Of a stretch of DNA of 64,000 nucleotides, positions 49,935-62,836 are shown in pieces. The position numbers and the translations under genes are program-made. The notes below the pieces were generated by a model that made no database searches, was not told where the DNA came from, and saw only the letters and a program-made list of their open reading frames with translations. This DNA is from Microthyrium microscopicum (Eukaryota): positions 4,266,884 to 4,330,883 of the forward strand of contig MU004231.1 of NCBI GenBank assembly GCA_010405405.1, given 5' to 3'. Numbering within the stretch: the stretch's first letter is position 1; the number at the start of each line of letters is the position of its first letter.

Positions 49935-51659
49935 TTTGAGTGGCTTTTATGAAGAGTTCTGTTAATAACAATGGTGTAGTCTAAATGTTGTCAATGTTTG
50001 ACTCGCTCAGGACACAACGGACTTGATTTCGTACCGGATTGAGGATTGATGTTCCTAGTTCTTTTATCAATACCATAAGTTTGAATATACGAACAGGACG
50101 AGAAATTGTAAAGATGAGCAAAAAGTCGGTGAACGCGTAAGAAGTGAACAGAAATTCTAGAAACGACGTGTCGAGACTCGGGAGTCTTGCCGTAGTGTGC
50201 GCCATTTCGGTCCGTGCCCAAGCTTGATACAATATTTTGTACTTCAGGTCCCCCAGAAATATGTCGTTAGAGAAAATTTTGGAGACGAGGTGCGGAAATG
50301 GTTTTAGAAGTTCGAATTGTTGTTGTTTTGGGACTCGGACATGCTAGGCTGTAGAGGTGGTGAATTTCTACTACTAGATATAATGGCATCGGCTGTATTT
50401 TTTAAGGATTTGACATTGCCCATTGAAGTATCATTAATTGGAGATACCTATGATTTGATGGACAGATCTAATATTGTCGTATGCCTGTTCTATGGCCATT
50501 GACGAATTGATATGTTTTGTGGTAAATTGAATTTTGAGAGTCCATTTGCAGTATATATTCAAAAAATTGTGAAATGTCCTCAGCAATCAAATTACCAAGT
50601 GACAACATATCATAGTCCATTTATCACACCTGCCATTGTGCACTAGTGATAAAATACACACCTGCCTCAGTGCACTAGTGTAAATGATATAGCCTTGCTG
50701 TGGCTGTGAAGTCTACCTCTGAGAAGCCGCCCGGGAGCCCGGTGTACTCAGAGTCAATTGCTTCCTTCCATATGCGTGTGCAGGTGTCTTTCCCCATCCC
50801 TTCTGCGGTATTACTCTTAATGATTGGAGTTGACGCCGCGGTCGGGCGCTCGCAAGCGTTGTCACTTGGTACTACTAACATGAATAGATCGGGGCAAAAT
50901 CCCTTCAATGGGATTTTCATAGGGCCCATTTCCTGTTTCCTTAGGGAGATGGGCCTGAACTTTTGCTTCCCCAGGCCAGAGTAACTTATGTGGCGCAGTA
51001 GCATAAAAGGGGAAGGCTCCAAGGTCAATTCCCGTGAGGGCCCAAAAATCTTTTTATGTCACTGAGCTATATTTCATCCTCCGAGTTTGTATCAAGTCAA
51101 CTCTTGATATCTAAATTGTTTTTATGCGAGTTCGATTTTATGCCCTTGGTCTGGGAGCAGCAATGGCATATCTTAGAGATAGTTAAGGTATTATTAGTAT
51201 TTGACGAATCCAATCAAAGTAGTACCCTTCGATTAAAGTAGGAATCAAACCTAGTCGCGAAGTCTGAGCATGAATAGGAAGATACTAAAGAATAGTAAGA
51301 GCAGAACATTCTAGTGAAAACAAAGGTTTAGAAGTCGCTAGAATTTAACCGTAGAACTGGCGCGTCGTTAGTCGTAGTCAGGGCCATTACTTTCTATCCA
51401 TTTCGAGGCCTAATCAGAGTTTTTATGTTGTGTATTTCCCCTGACTTCTTTCATGCTACTTTAAGGATTAAGGATAGAAGATGTGGATTACACTGTGAAA
51501 GTTTAGCGGTTGTTTGCAATTACTCTACTGAGCGAGCCGACGACAGACAACCTTGGAAGTTTCGACATGACTTTATCCTCGACGTCAATGTCAGCAAGTT
51601 TCGAAATTTGAGCGTCGCGATTCGCAATCAGAATTGAACAGCACAGTAATTCTATATCT

Positions 51660-52725
51660 CTAGTCTCTAACACACAGTTCTAACATTGCCGTGTGGCTGG
51701 GTTGTGGTTGTAATCAAATCCTTTTAATAGTCCTTGGTAATGTAGAGCCGCACCAATCACAGCAAAAATATGGAAGATTTGATGCGATGCACCCCAGATA
51801 TCAAATGTCCCTGGCATCCATCTTTCAGGAATTCGAAACTAGAATCATATTAGCATGAGTTCTTCTTCATTGTGGCCTCACTTACTGCATATATGACTGC
51901 TCCACCGGCATAACTCAGACCTTCAAAAAACCACAAATTCCAACCGATGATTTCATTGGCCTTAGGGCGTCCCCATTTCTGGGCCATATGGGTCATTGGG
52001 ATGGCTCCATACCAGCCAATGGCTACAAAGAGCAATGCCCGGAACTTCTTCCACTTTGGACCTCTGAAACTGGAATTGGTGCAAAAGATTGCACATGAAA
52101 AGGTGATGATAAAAATCTACCATATCAGTTAGTACACAAGGTGGACATGAATAGATGTAGTGATCAATACCCCGGCTGAGTAGACTTTCCACCAGAACTT
52201 CTCACAATAGAAGCCATAATAAGTACCAGAATAAACAGTCGCTATGATCAATGCAAATATGCCGTAAAGGTCCAGAAGTAGCCATGTTTGATAAACTTTT
52301 AATGAATGATTTCCAAAAATGTGGAATGTGGCACTAAGGCCAAAACAAATGAACGCGCCAGCAAAGAAAACACCGAAAGCGAGAAAGTCGTCGAAATCCG
52401 AGGTTGGATACCGGGTCAAAATGTCGTTGTATGCTTGAAATGCCCAAGCCCCAAATAGAGCCGCGCCAATGATGTGGGTGTATGCATTGCAAGTCTGGTT
52501 GTGCAGATACCCCAGGCTTGCGAGGGAAGACTTGTATGAATTGGAGACCGTCCGGTAGTGGCCAAGAAGGTATTGATTCTCGTTCTGCCAGCTTTCAACT
52601 TCATGAATTGTGCAGATCACGGCATTCTTCCATGAGTGTGGAAGAGCAGATGCCAAAGTTGAGTGCTCAAATGTCGAACTGGTGCTGCTGTCAACTGACG
52701 ATGAGCGCGTTCGGCGAGTCGCCAT
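51660..52725 (-). CDS. PAQR / hemolysin-III family membrane protein (IZH/PHO36, adiponectin-receptor-like)
   Basis: Motifs WQNENQYLLGHYR, YLHNQTCNAYTH, SATFH, LDLYGI, YYGFYC and RIPERWMPGTFDIWGASHQIFHIFAV. Introns about 52119-52172 and 51840-51884. Confidence 0.9.
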
Positions 52726-55181
52726 CGTCAATAAAACACCACCGAGAAAAGAAGCAAGGCAAAAGGGGGCCGTCAGGCCGAGAAAGAAGTTGAGATGGAC
52801 GTTTGATATATGACCCAATTTTCCAAATGTTTAAGGTTTTCGTCCCATATTGGTATAGCGGCTATGCTGGAACTACCTCATACACAGGTACTCAAGCGAC
52901 AGAATGCATCCCTTCGTCTATTTGCACTATCAATCGACACTGCAGTAGTGCGCGGGCACCTTACTCAAGAAGGCAAGATTTTCAAGGTAAAATACGCCTC
53001 AGCCCCGAAAACACACCCAAAATCACCCCTTCACATACAAATTCTCTGGACGCTAGTGGCTGACAGCTTGCTTTGTCACTGGCTGTTGGTGCTTTTAACT
53101 CAAGACTAAAAGCCGCCACGGTGTCGAGAGTAGACGAAGGGATAGCCTCAGATGAAGCGAGAGAGAGTTCAATCTGAAAGAGAAGTATTTTAGGTTTGCG
53201 TTTGCGGCCTCCCGTTTGCCTCCATAAGAGTGAAATAAGATTGCGTTGCGGTATGAACCAGTAACTCCAAAAAAAGTTGGTTTCTCCCGAATTAAGACTA
53301 AACGCCAACGGTAGCACGGAATGACAATTGCTTTTTGGCCGAATATCGGTCAAAGCTTTTTGACGCGTTTTAAGCTCTTGAATCTTGACAAACATTAAGT
53401 TGTCTAAGGCCCAGATCGGGAAGGCATCCGGCAATGACAAGCATATCAGTTCTTAGCTCACTATTCAACCATTCAAGGAACAGTAAAAAAGCGAGTGCAT
53501 GCAGGACAGAATCGATAAAGCCAACCAAAGGAGCGCGTGTTGACTTGTTGTGAAAAACGCTGGAAACCAGGAACCCTGGGATCGAGCGAGGCAAACCCGG
53601 GCGAAATGTCGTTCAGGGGTGAAAAGGGGCTAGTTCAATTTCAACCTCATCCCTTAACCTATCCGCGCTACAAAGTAACAGTGTATTAGTGCGCGGGTTC
53701 CTTACCTAAAAGGGCTTAACGGGTAGAGTCGCGAGAGAATTATAAACTTTAAATTTAAGGCGTCTTTTAATTAGTTCTTAACCCCTAGTATCTTGCCCTA
53801 AATAAATTTATATTTATTAGATAGGCCTTATCTTATAGATGTTATATATAGAATATTAAATGTTTTAGATAAGTTTTAGTATTATAGTACTTTAGTAACT
53901 AAATCTACCTATTTTTTAGGATCTTAACCTTCTAGATCCTATTCTATAGCCTAGATCTTTCCTTTATACTTCTACTACTAGCTAATTATATTAGAAATAC
54001 TAAATCTTTTAGATATTATAGAAACTTAGGCTAAAGACTAATTAGAAGATAAAGACTTTAAGGTTATTACTTAAGATTAGGAGAATATAATAGATACCTT
54101 TTTAGATCCTAAAAAGGACGAATTAAATAAACTAGTAGTACTATTAGATAATGCTAATCTTAACTTCTTTTATACCTATAGGCCTAATTATAGGGATCCT
54201 AGATATTGCGACTTACTTAACGCGTACTATAAGGGTAACGATAAGTTAAAGGTAGTAATTTATGAATATCCTAGCGAGTACTATACTCTATTACTACTGC
54301 TAAATTATACTAAAATGTTAGTTAACTTACCTATAGACTTCTTTAATCTAATAGTAACTATCCCTTCTTAAGATATTATAGAATTAGGTACTAGATCTTA
54401 TAATATAGCACCTTTAGTTACGCGTTTAATACCTATTAGCCCTAATAACTATATAATAAGATTTAATATACTATTACTATTCTTTAGCCTATTTTAGAAA
54501 TAAGAGGACTTTAAAATTATCTATAAGAATACTCTTAATTATTAATTATATTACTATACTACGCCTAAAGAAGGGATTTCTATACTAATTGATATTAGTA
54601 AGATTAAGATATTCTATAGAATCTATATCTATTTAAGTACTTACGAAATAAGTAATATAGACAACCTATAGCTTTAAGATAAAGTTAATTTCTATAATTC
54701 TATTAGCTAGTTCTTATTATAGCGTAAGTTCTAGTATATTAAAAGATATCTTTATATATCTGCTATTCCTATTATAGATACTACTACTAAAGCTTTACTA
54801 ATATTATTATTGCCTATACTATTATAGACCTATTAAAAAGAGCCTATTTTTATTAAAATTAAGCCCTTATCCTCTACCCTATAAGTATACTTTAAGCTTT
54901 ATATTATCCTATTAATCTATATCTTAATTAATAAGATAATAGTAAAATATATAGGTAGATTAGGTAATATAATTTATATTAAGGGCAAACTAATCCTAAA
55001 AGGGTTTAAAATACTTGCTTTATATAATTATAGATACGTCTATAACCTACTTTATACTACACGTTCTAGATCTCCTTAATTAATTAGAGAGAATGTTAAT
55101 ATTTCTACTTATAGGTTAAGCTAGAGTCTACCTAGAGATATACTTATCTTCTTTACTAAATTAAGCCCTACAGCTTAGGTA

Positions 55182-55408
55182 TATAATAATTCCTCTTTAC
55201 AGGCTTTACAGCGGTATTATAAGAGAGATCTTGTTGCAAGATTACGTACTAGACCTAAAGAGGTTAGCGTGCCTAAGGATCTACTAAGCGAACTTATATC
55301 CCTTATAGATCTATAGCTCTTCTAGATCTTCTTCTCTCTCTTTCTCGTTCGTAGATTTTAGAATATAATCTAATTATCTACTTACTTTAAGTTCCGTAGC
55401 TCGTTATA
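55182..55408 (+). repeat. 5' LTR (227 bp)
   Basis: TATAAT...CGTTATA, the RIP-mutated form of TGTAAC...GTTACA; colinear with 62610-62836. Confidence 0.92.
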
Positions 55409-58400
55409 TAATTTATGAACTATTTAACTACCTATATACTTATACTACATACCCTAGAATTTATTTCTAAAAAAGTACCTATATAGATTAATATTCTATA
55501 CGCGTAGTCTTAAACCCTATTAAAGATCCTTTATAGATTTACTAAATCTATTAGCCCTACTAACCCCTTATCTAATTAGAGTATTAAGATTTCCTAATAC
55601 TCTTTAACCTATTAATAGTCTAAGTATTAATTGCCCCTTATCCTTAGTTCTATAAAATACTAAAAGTTTATCTTTTATACTACTACTAAATATCTATAAT
55701 TATACTTAATATACTTACTATTAAAATACGCTAAATAAATAAGCGTTCCCTCCTAGTATCTTTCTTTATTATTTATAACTATAGCTAATAAGGCTCCTAA
55801 CTAATAGACTTAAGTTAATAGCTATATAGCCTATTTGCCGTCTTTAATTACTTATACTTAGCCTAATAATTAGCGCTTATCCTTATCTCCTATATACTTA
55901 CGTTATTTATATTTATTACGTTGCCCCTTTGCTATATATACTAAGTATTAAAGCAGACTTAATACCTAGAATATAGTATAATTAGATACTATTTAGAAAG
56001 TAGTAGATTTAGTAGAGAGCGTCTTAGGACTATTAAAACTACTAAAACTAGACTTAAGAGCGTTATTAGAAGATAAAGATAAGTTAAAAGATAATTATCT
56101 ATTAAAATAAGGCTATAAAGGTAAAGAGACTAAAGCGTTAAAAGACGCCCCTTAAAATACTAGTTAAATAACTTTACTAAATTAAATAAATATAGGAGAT
56201 AACTAATTGCTAGCTCTTTTTTAATTTAATAATAATATTAGACTTTCTCTTAGAATATATAAATAGCTAATAGAACTACGTTAGTAAGCTAAAGGCCTTA
56301 GAGTACTACCTATATTAATATTTTACTACCCTATAGTAGTAAATCTTAATTAACTAGTTACTTTAATTATTAATAAGAATTCTTTAATCTTTTAAGCTAC
56401 TTAAGTACGAAAGATACCTAATAAAAAAGATAACGAGTTAAAAGATATAGAAGTATACCTTTATTATAAAGAAAAGTAATTAGACCTCTACTACTACTCT
56501 TACTATTTAATTAAATTAGGTATAGACCTAGAATATTTATTAAAAGGAGAGCTTATACTAGATAATTTAGTTATATAGCTTTACGCCTCTTTATTAGCCT
56601 CTTAAACTATAGCCTACCTTTTTAAAATTAAGTAGAATATAAATACTTATAATATAGACTTAATCTATACTCTCTAGGAAGAAGCTCTAAAAGCTTAGAA
56701 AGAAATATAGGACTTAGCTAAAACTAATAATAAATACGTAAAGTAGATTACTTACCTTAAAGCATAAATTTAAGATAATACTATTGCTCTTAAGGAAGTA
56801 GTAACTACCTACTAAAAGGCATAAGAACTATAATATAATAATAATTTACTTAAGGAAGTACTTACTACTTATATTAATAAGATTAGTAAATACTATAAAG
56901 CTTTATAGGAAAAGGTAGATAAAGCTACTATCCTTTAAGCCTAGGTTAACGCCCTTTAAAAGAAACCCTTAGCTACTAAGACGACTAATTCCTATTTTAA
57001 TTATAATAAGTTAGTAGATAATAACTTATTTTACTAGATCTCTTTAGCTTAAGATATAGACTAACCTAACTTAAATATACCTTTAAGGATACTAGACTTA
57101 TATTAAACTACTTTCTTCTTTAATCTTAACTTAGTTAGTAGCGCTTCTCTTTTTAAAGTATAGGGTAATAAGCCTTTACTCTTCTTAAAGAAGAATAAGT
57201 AAAAGTATTATACTTAGAAAGATAAGGTACTAAATTACCTAGATAATAATACTTAAGTCTATTTTACTAAAGCTTTTAAGATCTAAGTTATTTAAGGAAT
57301 AATAAAGAATTAGGCATTTAGTATTATTAATAAGCAAAGTAACTATAAGTTAACTAACCTATATTTATTTATTATAAAAATATAGTCTAATCTAGATTAT
57401 GAATATAGTATTAAGAATAGCTATATTATTACTAAAACCTAGCTTAAGAATTAAGAAGCTATAATAAAGCCTACTAAGAAACTTAAAGAGTTTCTAACTT
57501 GCTTCTTAAAAAATTTATATAAAGTTAAGCTAAGTAATTAAGATAAAATTATTAAAATATAATTCCTCTTACTTCTAAAATTTATAAAGAGAGTACTCTT
57601 TATAGAATTAAAGACCTTTACTAACTTCTTAGAAAGTCTATATATTATAGCTTATTATATTAAATACGTCTTTTCTATAAATCTATATAGCTATAATAAT
57701 AATAATTATTTAGTAGCTAAAGGTAGTAGATAAAAGCCTAAATATAATTGTCCTTTAGAAATTTATAATACATTAAAGGTAGATAACTACTATATAAAAT
57801 ATAGTAAAAAGGATTATAGTTACTAGTAAAATAAAGTACTATATAAAAATAGAGACGCCTTATTAAACGCTAAGATATAACTAAAGGTCATAGCTATTAT
57901 TATAAAGTTTGCTGCTATCTATAATTAAATTACTACTTAATCTTCTTAATCCCTAACTATAGAGGATAATTATAATAAGTATAATTATAATAATAATATA
58001 AAAAACTAAAAGCTCTTCTATAGAGACGCGTAAAGGAGCTAAATAAGTAAGAAGCGTATAATTAGCAATAAAAGAAAGATAAACTTAATTTTAAGTTAGT
58101 TCTCTCTAAAGAATAAATCTAATATAAGGTTAATAAAACTATCTAATGCCTAGAAGGTAATCTTTAATAAGTATTGTCCCTAGAGCCTATTATATTTAAT
58201 AATACTAAGCTAGTTATTATTAAAATATTCTTTACCTTTATAGTATATAATTTTTACTCTTAAGAAGTAGTCACTATATTTATAGTAAGTAATTAATAGA
58301 CTACTTATAATACTATATTTTCTCTAAAGTAAGGCTACTACTTAAAAATTAATATCCTTATAGATACTAAGAGTAAAGCGATAAGAATTATCTATCTTAA

Positions 58401-61400
58401 CTTTATTAAATAATATAAGATTCCTACTATTAATCTCTTTGCTCCTTAAATTATATAATTAGCTAATGATAAGGCTATTATAAAGATTAATAAAGCTACT
58501 ATAGTTAACGTCTATTTAGGAGGGTATATTAAATAAATCTACTACTTTATTATAAATATTACTAACTATAACCTTATTCTTAGTAATTTATAGATTAATC
58601 TTTATAAGGTTACTCTTAAAGAAGGAAAGAAGCAAATTCTTTTTAATTTAGACTACTACTTAGTATACTACTTATTAATTAGTTGTCTAATCTTAGTAGA
58701 TTATAAAAGCTACTTAGTTAACCTAACTAATCCTTACTTTAAGAATATTACTATAGTTAGTATTACTACCTTTATTAAGTTACTTAAATAAGGCTAGTAA
58801 TTTAGCAAAATCTAGCCTAACGACTTTAAAGATAAGAAGAATAAGAAACTTTTAGATTTAAACCCTATACTAAAAGAAGATATTATTATTAACTTAGGCA
58901 AAATCTTACCTAAGGACTTTAAGAAGTAGTAAGAGAAATATAATAAGCCTTTTCTCTTATAAGAAGAAATTCTTAAACGCCTACTAAAAGAATATTACTA
59001 TTATATAGACGTCTTTAATCTAAAGTTAGGTAATAAACTTATATTATATTATAGCGAATAGGATTACTTTATTAACATTATCCTAAATGCTACTATTTCT
59101 AAACGCTATTATAATAGCTTAGGTTACTAAGAATTCCTTATAATTAAATAATATATTAATTAGATACTTAGCTAAGACTAAGTTTAAGCTAGTAAATTAT
59201 ATTACGTTATACTAATATTATATATATATAAGCTAAGAAGAGGAATTTAAGTTTGTATTAATTACTATAGACTTAATAAGATTATGTAAAAGAATTATAA
59301 CGTTCCTTTATAGCTACTAAAAATACTTACCTATATCTATTACGTAAAATACTTTTTTAAATTTAATATTATTACTATCTTTATATATATTTATATTAAA
59401 CCTAGCGATAAATATAAAACTATATTTCTAACTTATTATAAGTTATATAAATTTAAAGTTATGCCCTTTAGCCTTACTAAAGCCTTAGAGACCTTTTAAG
59501 CTTATTTTAACTATATCTTAATTAATTACTTAGATAATTTCGTTATAAGCTATATAGATAATCTATTAGTCTTTAGTAATACTAAAGCTAGCTATACTGC
59601 TTATACTTACTTAGTCTTAGAAGTAATAAGTAAAGTAGGATTATACTTAGATATTTAGAAGTATAAATTTAATACTTAACGAGTTAAATACCTTAGCTTA
59701 ATTATTACTACTAAAGGTATTAAGATAGATTTAGAGAAGGTTTAAAGTATAGTTAACTAGTAACGTCTCTTTTTAGTAAAAGATATTTAAGCTTTCCTTA
59801 GCTTTACTAACTTTTATTACTAATTTATTCTTAAATATTTAAAGACTATAGCATCGCTAATAGTACTTATAAAGAAGAACGCTATAGTAATCTTTTCTTA
59901 GGACCTTAATAGGCTAAAGAAATATATATTTAAGAAGCTAAAGCAAGACTTTATATTTACTAAGATATTATATTACTTTAATTATATAAAAGAAATATAG
60001 CTAGAGATAGACGCCTTAGATTAGGTTTATACTATAGTCCTCTCTTAAAAAGGTAATAATAGGAAGCTTTATTTAGTTATATACCTTTTAAAGAAGATAA
60101 TTCTAGTAAAATATAATTATGATATTTATAATAAAGAGCTTTTAGCTATTATCTATATATTTAAAAAGTAGAAACTAAAGCTATTTAGCTTTATTAACCC
60201 TATTTAAGTATTCTCTAATTACTATAATCTTTAGACGTTTATAATAATAAAACGTCTCTCTTAATAATAAGCTAAATAGGCTAAGTTCCTCTCTTAGTTT
60301 TACTTTAAGATAAAGTACTACCTAGATATAGCTAATAAAAAGGTAGATACCCTTACTTATTAATTATAAGATATTCTATAAAGTAATAATAATCTTTACG
60401 TTTCTTAATAGGTTTAACCTTTACTATTCCTATATTAATTTAATATAGAATATATAGTAAAGCTAGCTATATTACTTATTAAACTTGCCTACCTTTTAAT
60501 ACTATATTTAGCTATTATTATTTAAGATAAGTTAGATATTTCTAATTCTATAGATAAGCTACTTAATTCTATAAAAGAGTCTCTTAGTAATAACGAGACG
60601 CCTAAGGGTAAGCTATTTAATTCCTTAAGAGATAATCTATTTCTAGATTTTAATAGCAACTAATTTTTATAGAATATTATAGACGTAGTAAAGTATAATA
60701 AAATAATAATTACTATTTGCTACGCTAAAGCTAACTACTAGCTTTTCTTACCCTTTAATACTTTAGAATAAGAGTAGATTAAGCTTAGAGACTATATAGT
60801 AACTACTAATAAAATAATCCTTTACTATAATTAAATCTTTATCCCTTAAGGTAAACTTTAGCGTTACGCTATATAGAGCACATATAGCTATAAAGCTATA
60901 GGTTATAGTAAAGTAGTAATAACTTACTATTACTTATAGGAAGATTATTAATAGCCTAAGATATTATAAGACGTTAAAAGCTTTATTAAAGGTTATAAAT
61001 ACGTATTTATTAAACTTATTTACTAAAAGAAGTAAGGCTTCCTACGTTAATTCTTTTTTTTTAAGTATATATAGTTTAATATTTCTATTAACTTTATTAT
61101 CTTACTACCTTATTATTTATACTAAGGTGTAATCTATTAATACGTTATAGTAGTTATTAACTAATATATATAGACCTAATGTTTTATTTTGTTACCTAAC
61201 CTATTTGTAAACTTAATAGTACTAGCCTTTATTAATTACGTATAGAAGCTTATTAGCTAGCTATTAATAATTCTTTTAGACTATAGTAGCTAATTTACTT
61301 CTATGTTTTAGAAATGCTTATATAAACGTATAGGTATAATACTTTATCTTAGTATAGTATTTTACCTTAAAATTAATAGTATAATAAAAATCTTAGTTAC

Positions 61401-62491
61401 TATACTTAAGTAGTTCTTACGTATATTTATTAATTAGAATTAAGATAACTAGGTAGCTCTTTTACTCTTTGCTAAATTTATAGTTAATTTTACTATAAAT
61501 ACTACTATAGGAGTTATACCTTTTAAAGCTTAAAATAGATTTAACCCTTATTTAGGCCTTAAGTCCTTATATTGCCTCTTAAAACTTATAAATGTCTTTA
61601 TAGCTACTAATAAAGAAGCTATTAATATAGATATAATATAGAAAGGTTGCGCTAAGATACATAATTATCTAATAAAGTAATTAATTTAGGCATAAGCTTA
61701 GTAAGTAGAATATGCTAACTACTATTACTACGTAGCTTTAGACTTATTACTAGGTAACTAGGTTTACTTAAATATATAGAACTACTCTACTTTATGTTTC
61801 TTAAAGACTTTAGATAATAAGAATATAGGTCCTTTCTATATAATTAAGAAAATTGATATTATTATTTATAAACTTAATCTCTCCTCTTTTATAAAGATAT
61901 ATAATGTCTTCTATGCCTAGGTTTTTTATTATATTATAGATAATACTAAGCTACTTAAGTATACTAATCTACTACTAATAGTTATTAAAGAAACTATAAA
62001 TAATAATAAATAGTTTATTAACGCTATTATTAATAGCTACTTTGTAGGTTAATATAAGAAGCTATAATATAAGATTAAGTATATTAATTATAACAAAGCT
62101 AAATAATATAATTAAATAGCTACTAAAAACGTACTAGAGCTTATTACTAAGTTTTATACTTAGTACTCTAATAAGCTAAGCCTATATTCTACCTAGATAC
62201 TACTAATACTAGAGCCTACTAGTAATAGTATTAATTATAACTCTAATAGCGTTTCTATTAATTAGAAGGAGTAAATAATTATACTACTAATTCCCTTATA
62301 CTAATAGGATTACTAACTACTAAACTATTAGGACTTAAGAACTAGAGTATTCTAAGGATATCTTAAGGTTTGTTAATACTTTTTAATAGTTACCTTAGTA
62401 GGCTAAAGGTTAAGATGCTCTAAACGATTAGTAAGGTTAGTATTATACTATAGAAGGATTAAAATATTATTTATTACTAAAAGTTTGTTAG

Positions 62492-62550
62492 ACTAAACTA
62501 GACTAAACTAAACTAGACTAAACTAGACTAAATAGGAATAGAATAGATTA
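62492..62550 (+). repeat. Pentamer microsatellite (ACTAA/ACTAG)n in the gypsy 3' UTR
   Basis: actaaactagactaaactaaactagactaaactagactaaa, decaying into ATAGG/ATAGA units. Confidence 0.8.
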
Positions 62551-62609
62551 GGAAAGTAGTTATAATTAGTAATCTATAGCCTAGAGAGCTATACTAAAGG
62601 AGAGAGTTA

Positions 62610-62836
62610 TATAATAATTCCTCTTTATAGGCTTTATAGCAGTATTATAAGAGAGATCTTATTATAAAATTATACACTAGACCTAAGAAGGTTAACGCGC
62701 CTAAGAATCTGCTAAGCAAACTTATATCCCTTATAGATTTGTAGCTCTTCTAGATCTTCTTCTCTCTCTCTCCCGTTTATAGATTCTAGAATATAATCTA
62801 ATTATCTACTTGCTCTGAGTTCCGTAGCTCGTTACA
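62610..62836 (+). repeat. 3' LTR (227 bp)
   Basis: Ends in canonical GTTACA and is preceded by the PPT AAAGGAGAGAG (~62596-62606). Confidence 0.92.

Larger units (their letters stand above)
55182..62836 (+). mobile_element. Full-length Ty3/gypsy (chromovirus) LTR retrotransposon, RIP-inactivated
   Basis: Paired 227-bp LTRs, AGGTA target-site duplication (55177-55181 / 62837-62841) and a polypurine tract before the 3' LTR. Relic domains in gypsy order: gag zinc knuckle (~57790), protease LIDT (~58360), RT VMPFSL and YIDNLLVFS (~59460-59575), RNase H EIDAL and NYDIYNKELLAI (~60000-60150), integrase (~61080-61400), GPF (~61830), chromodomain-like region (~62010-62110). Confidence 0.92.
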
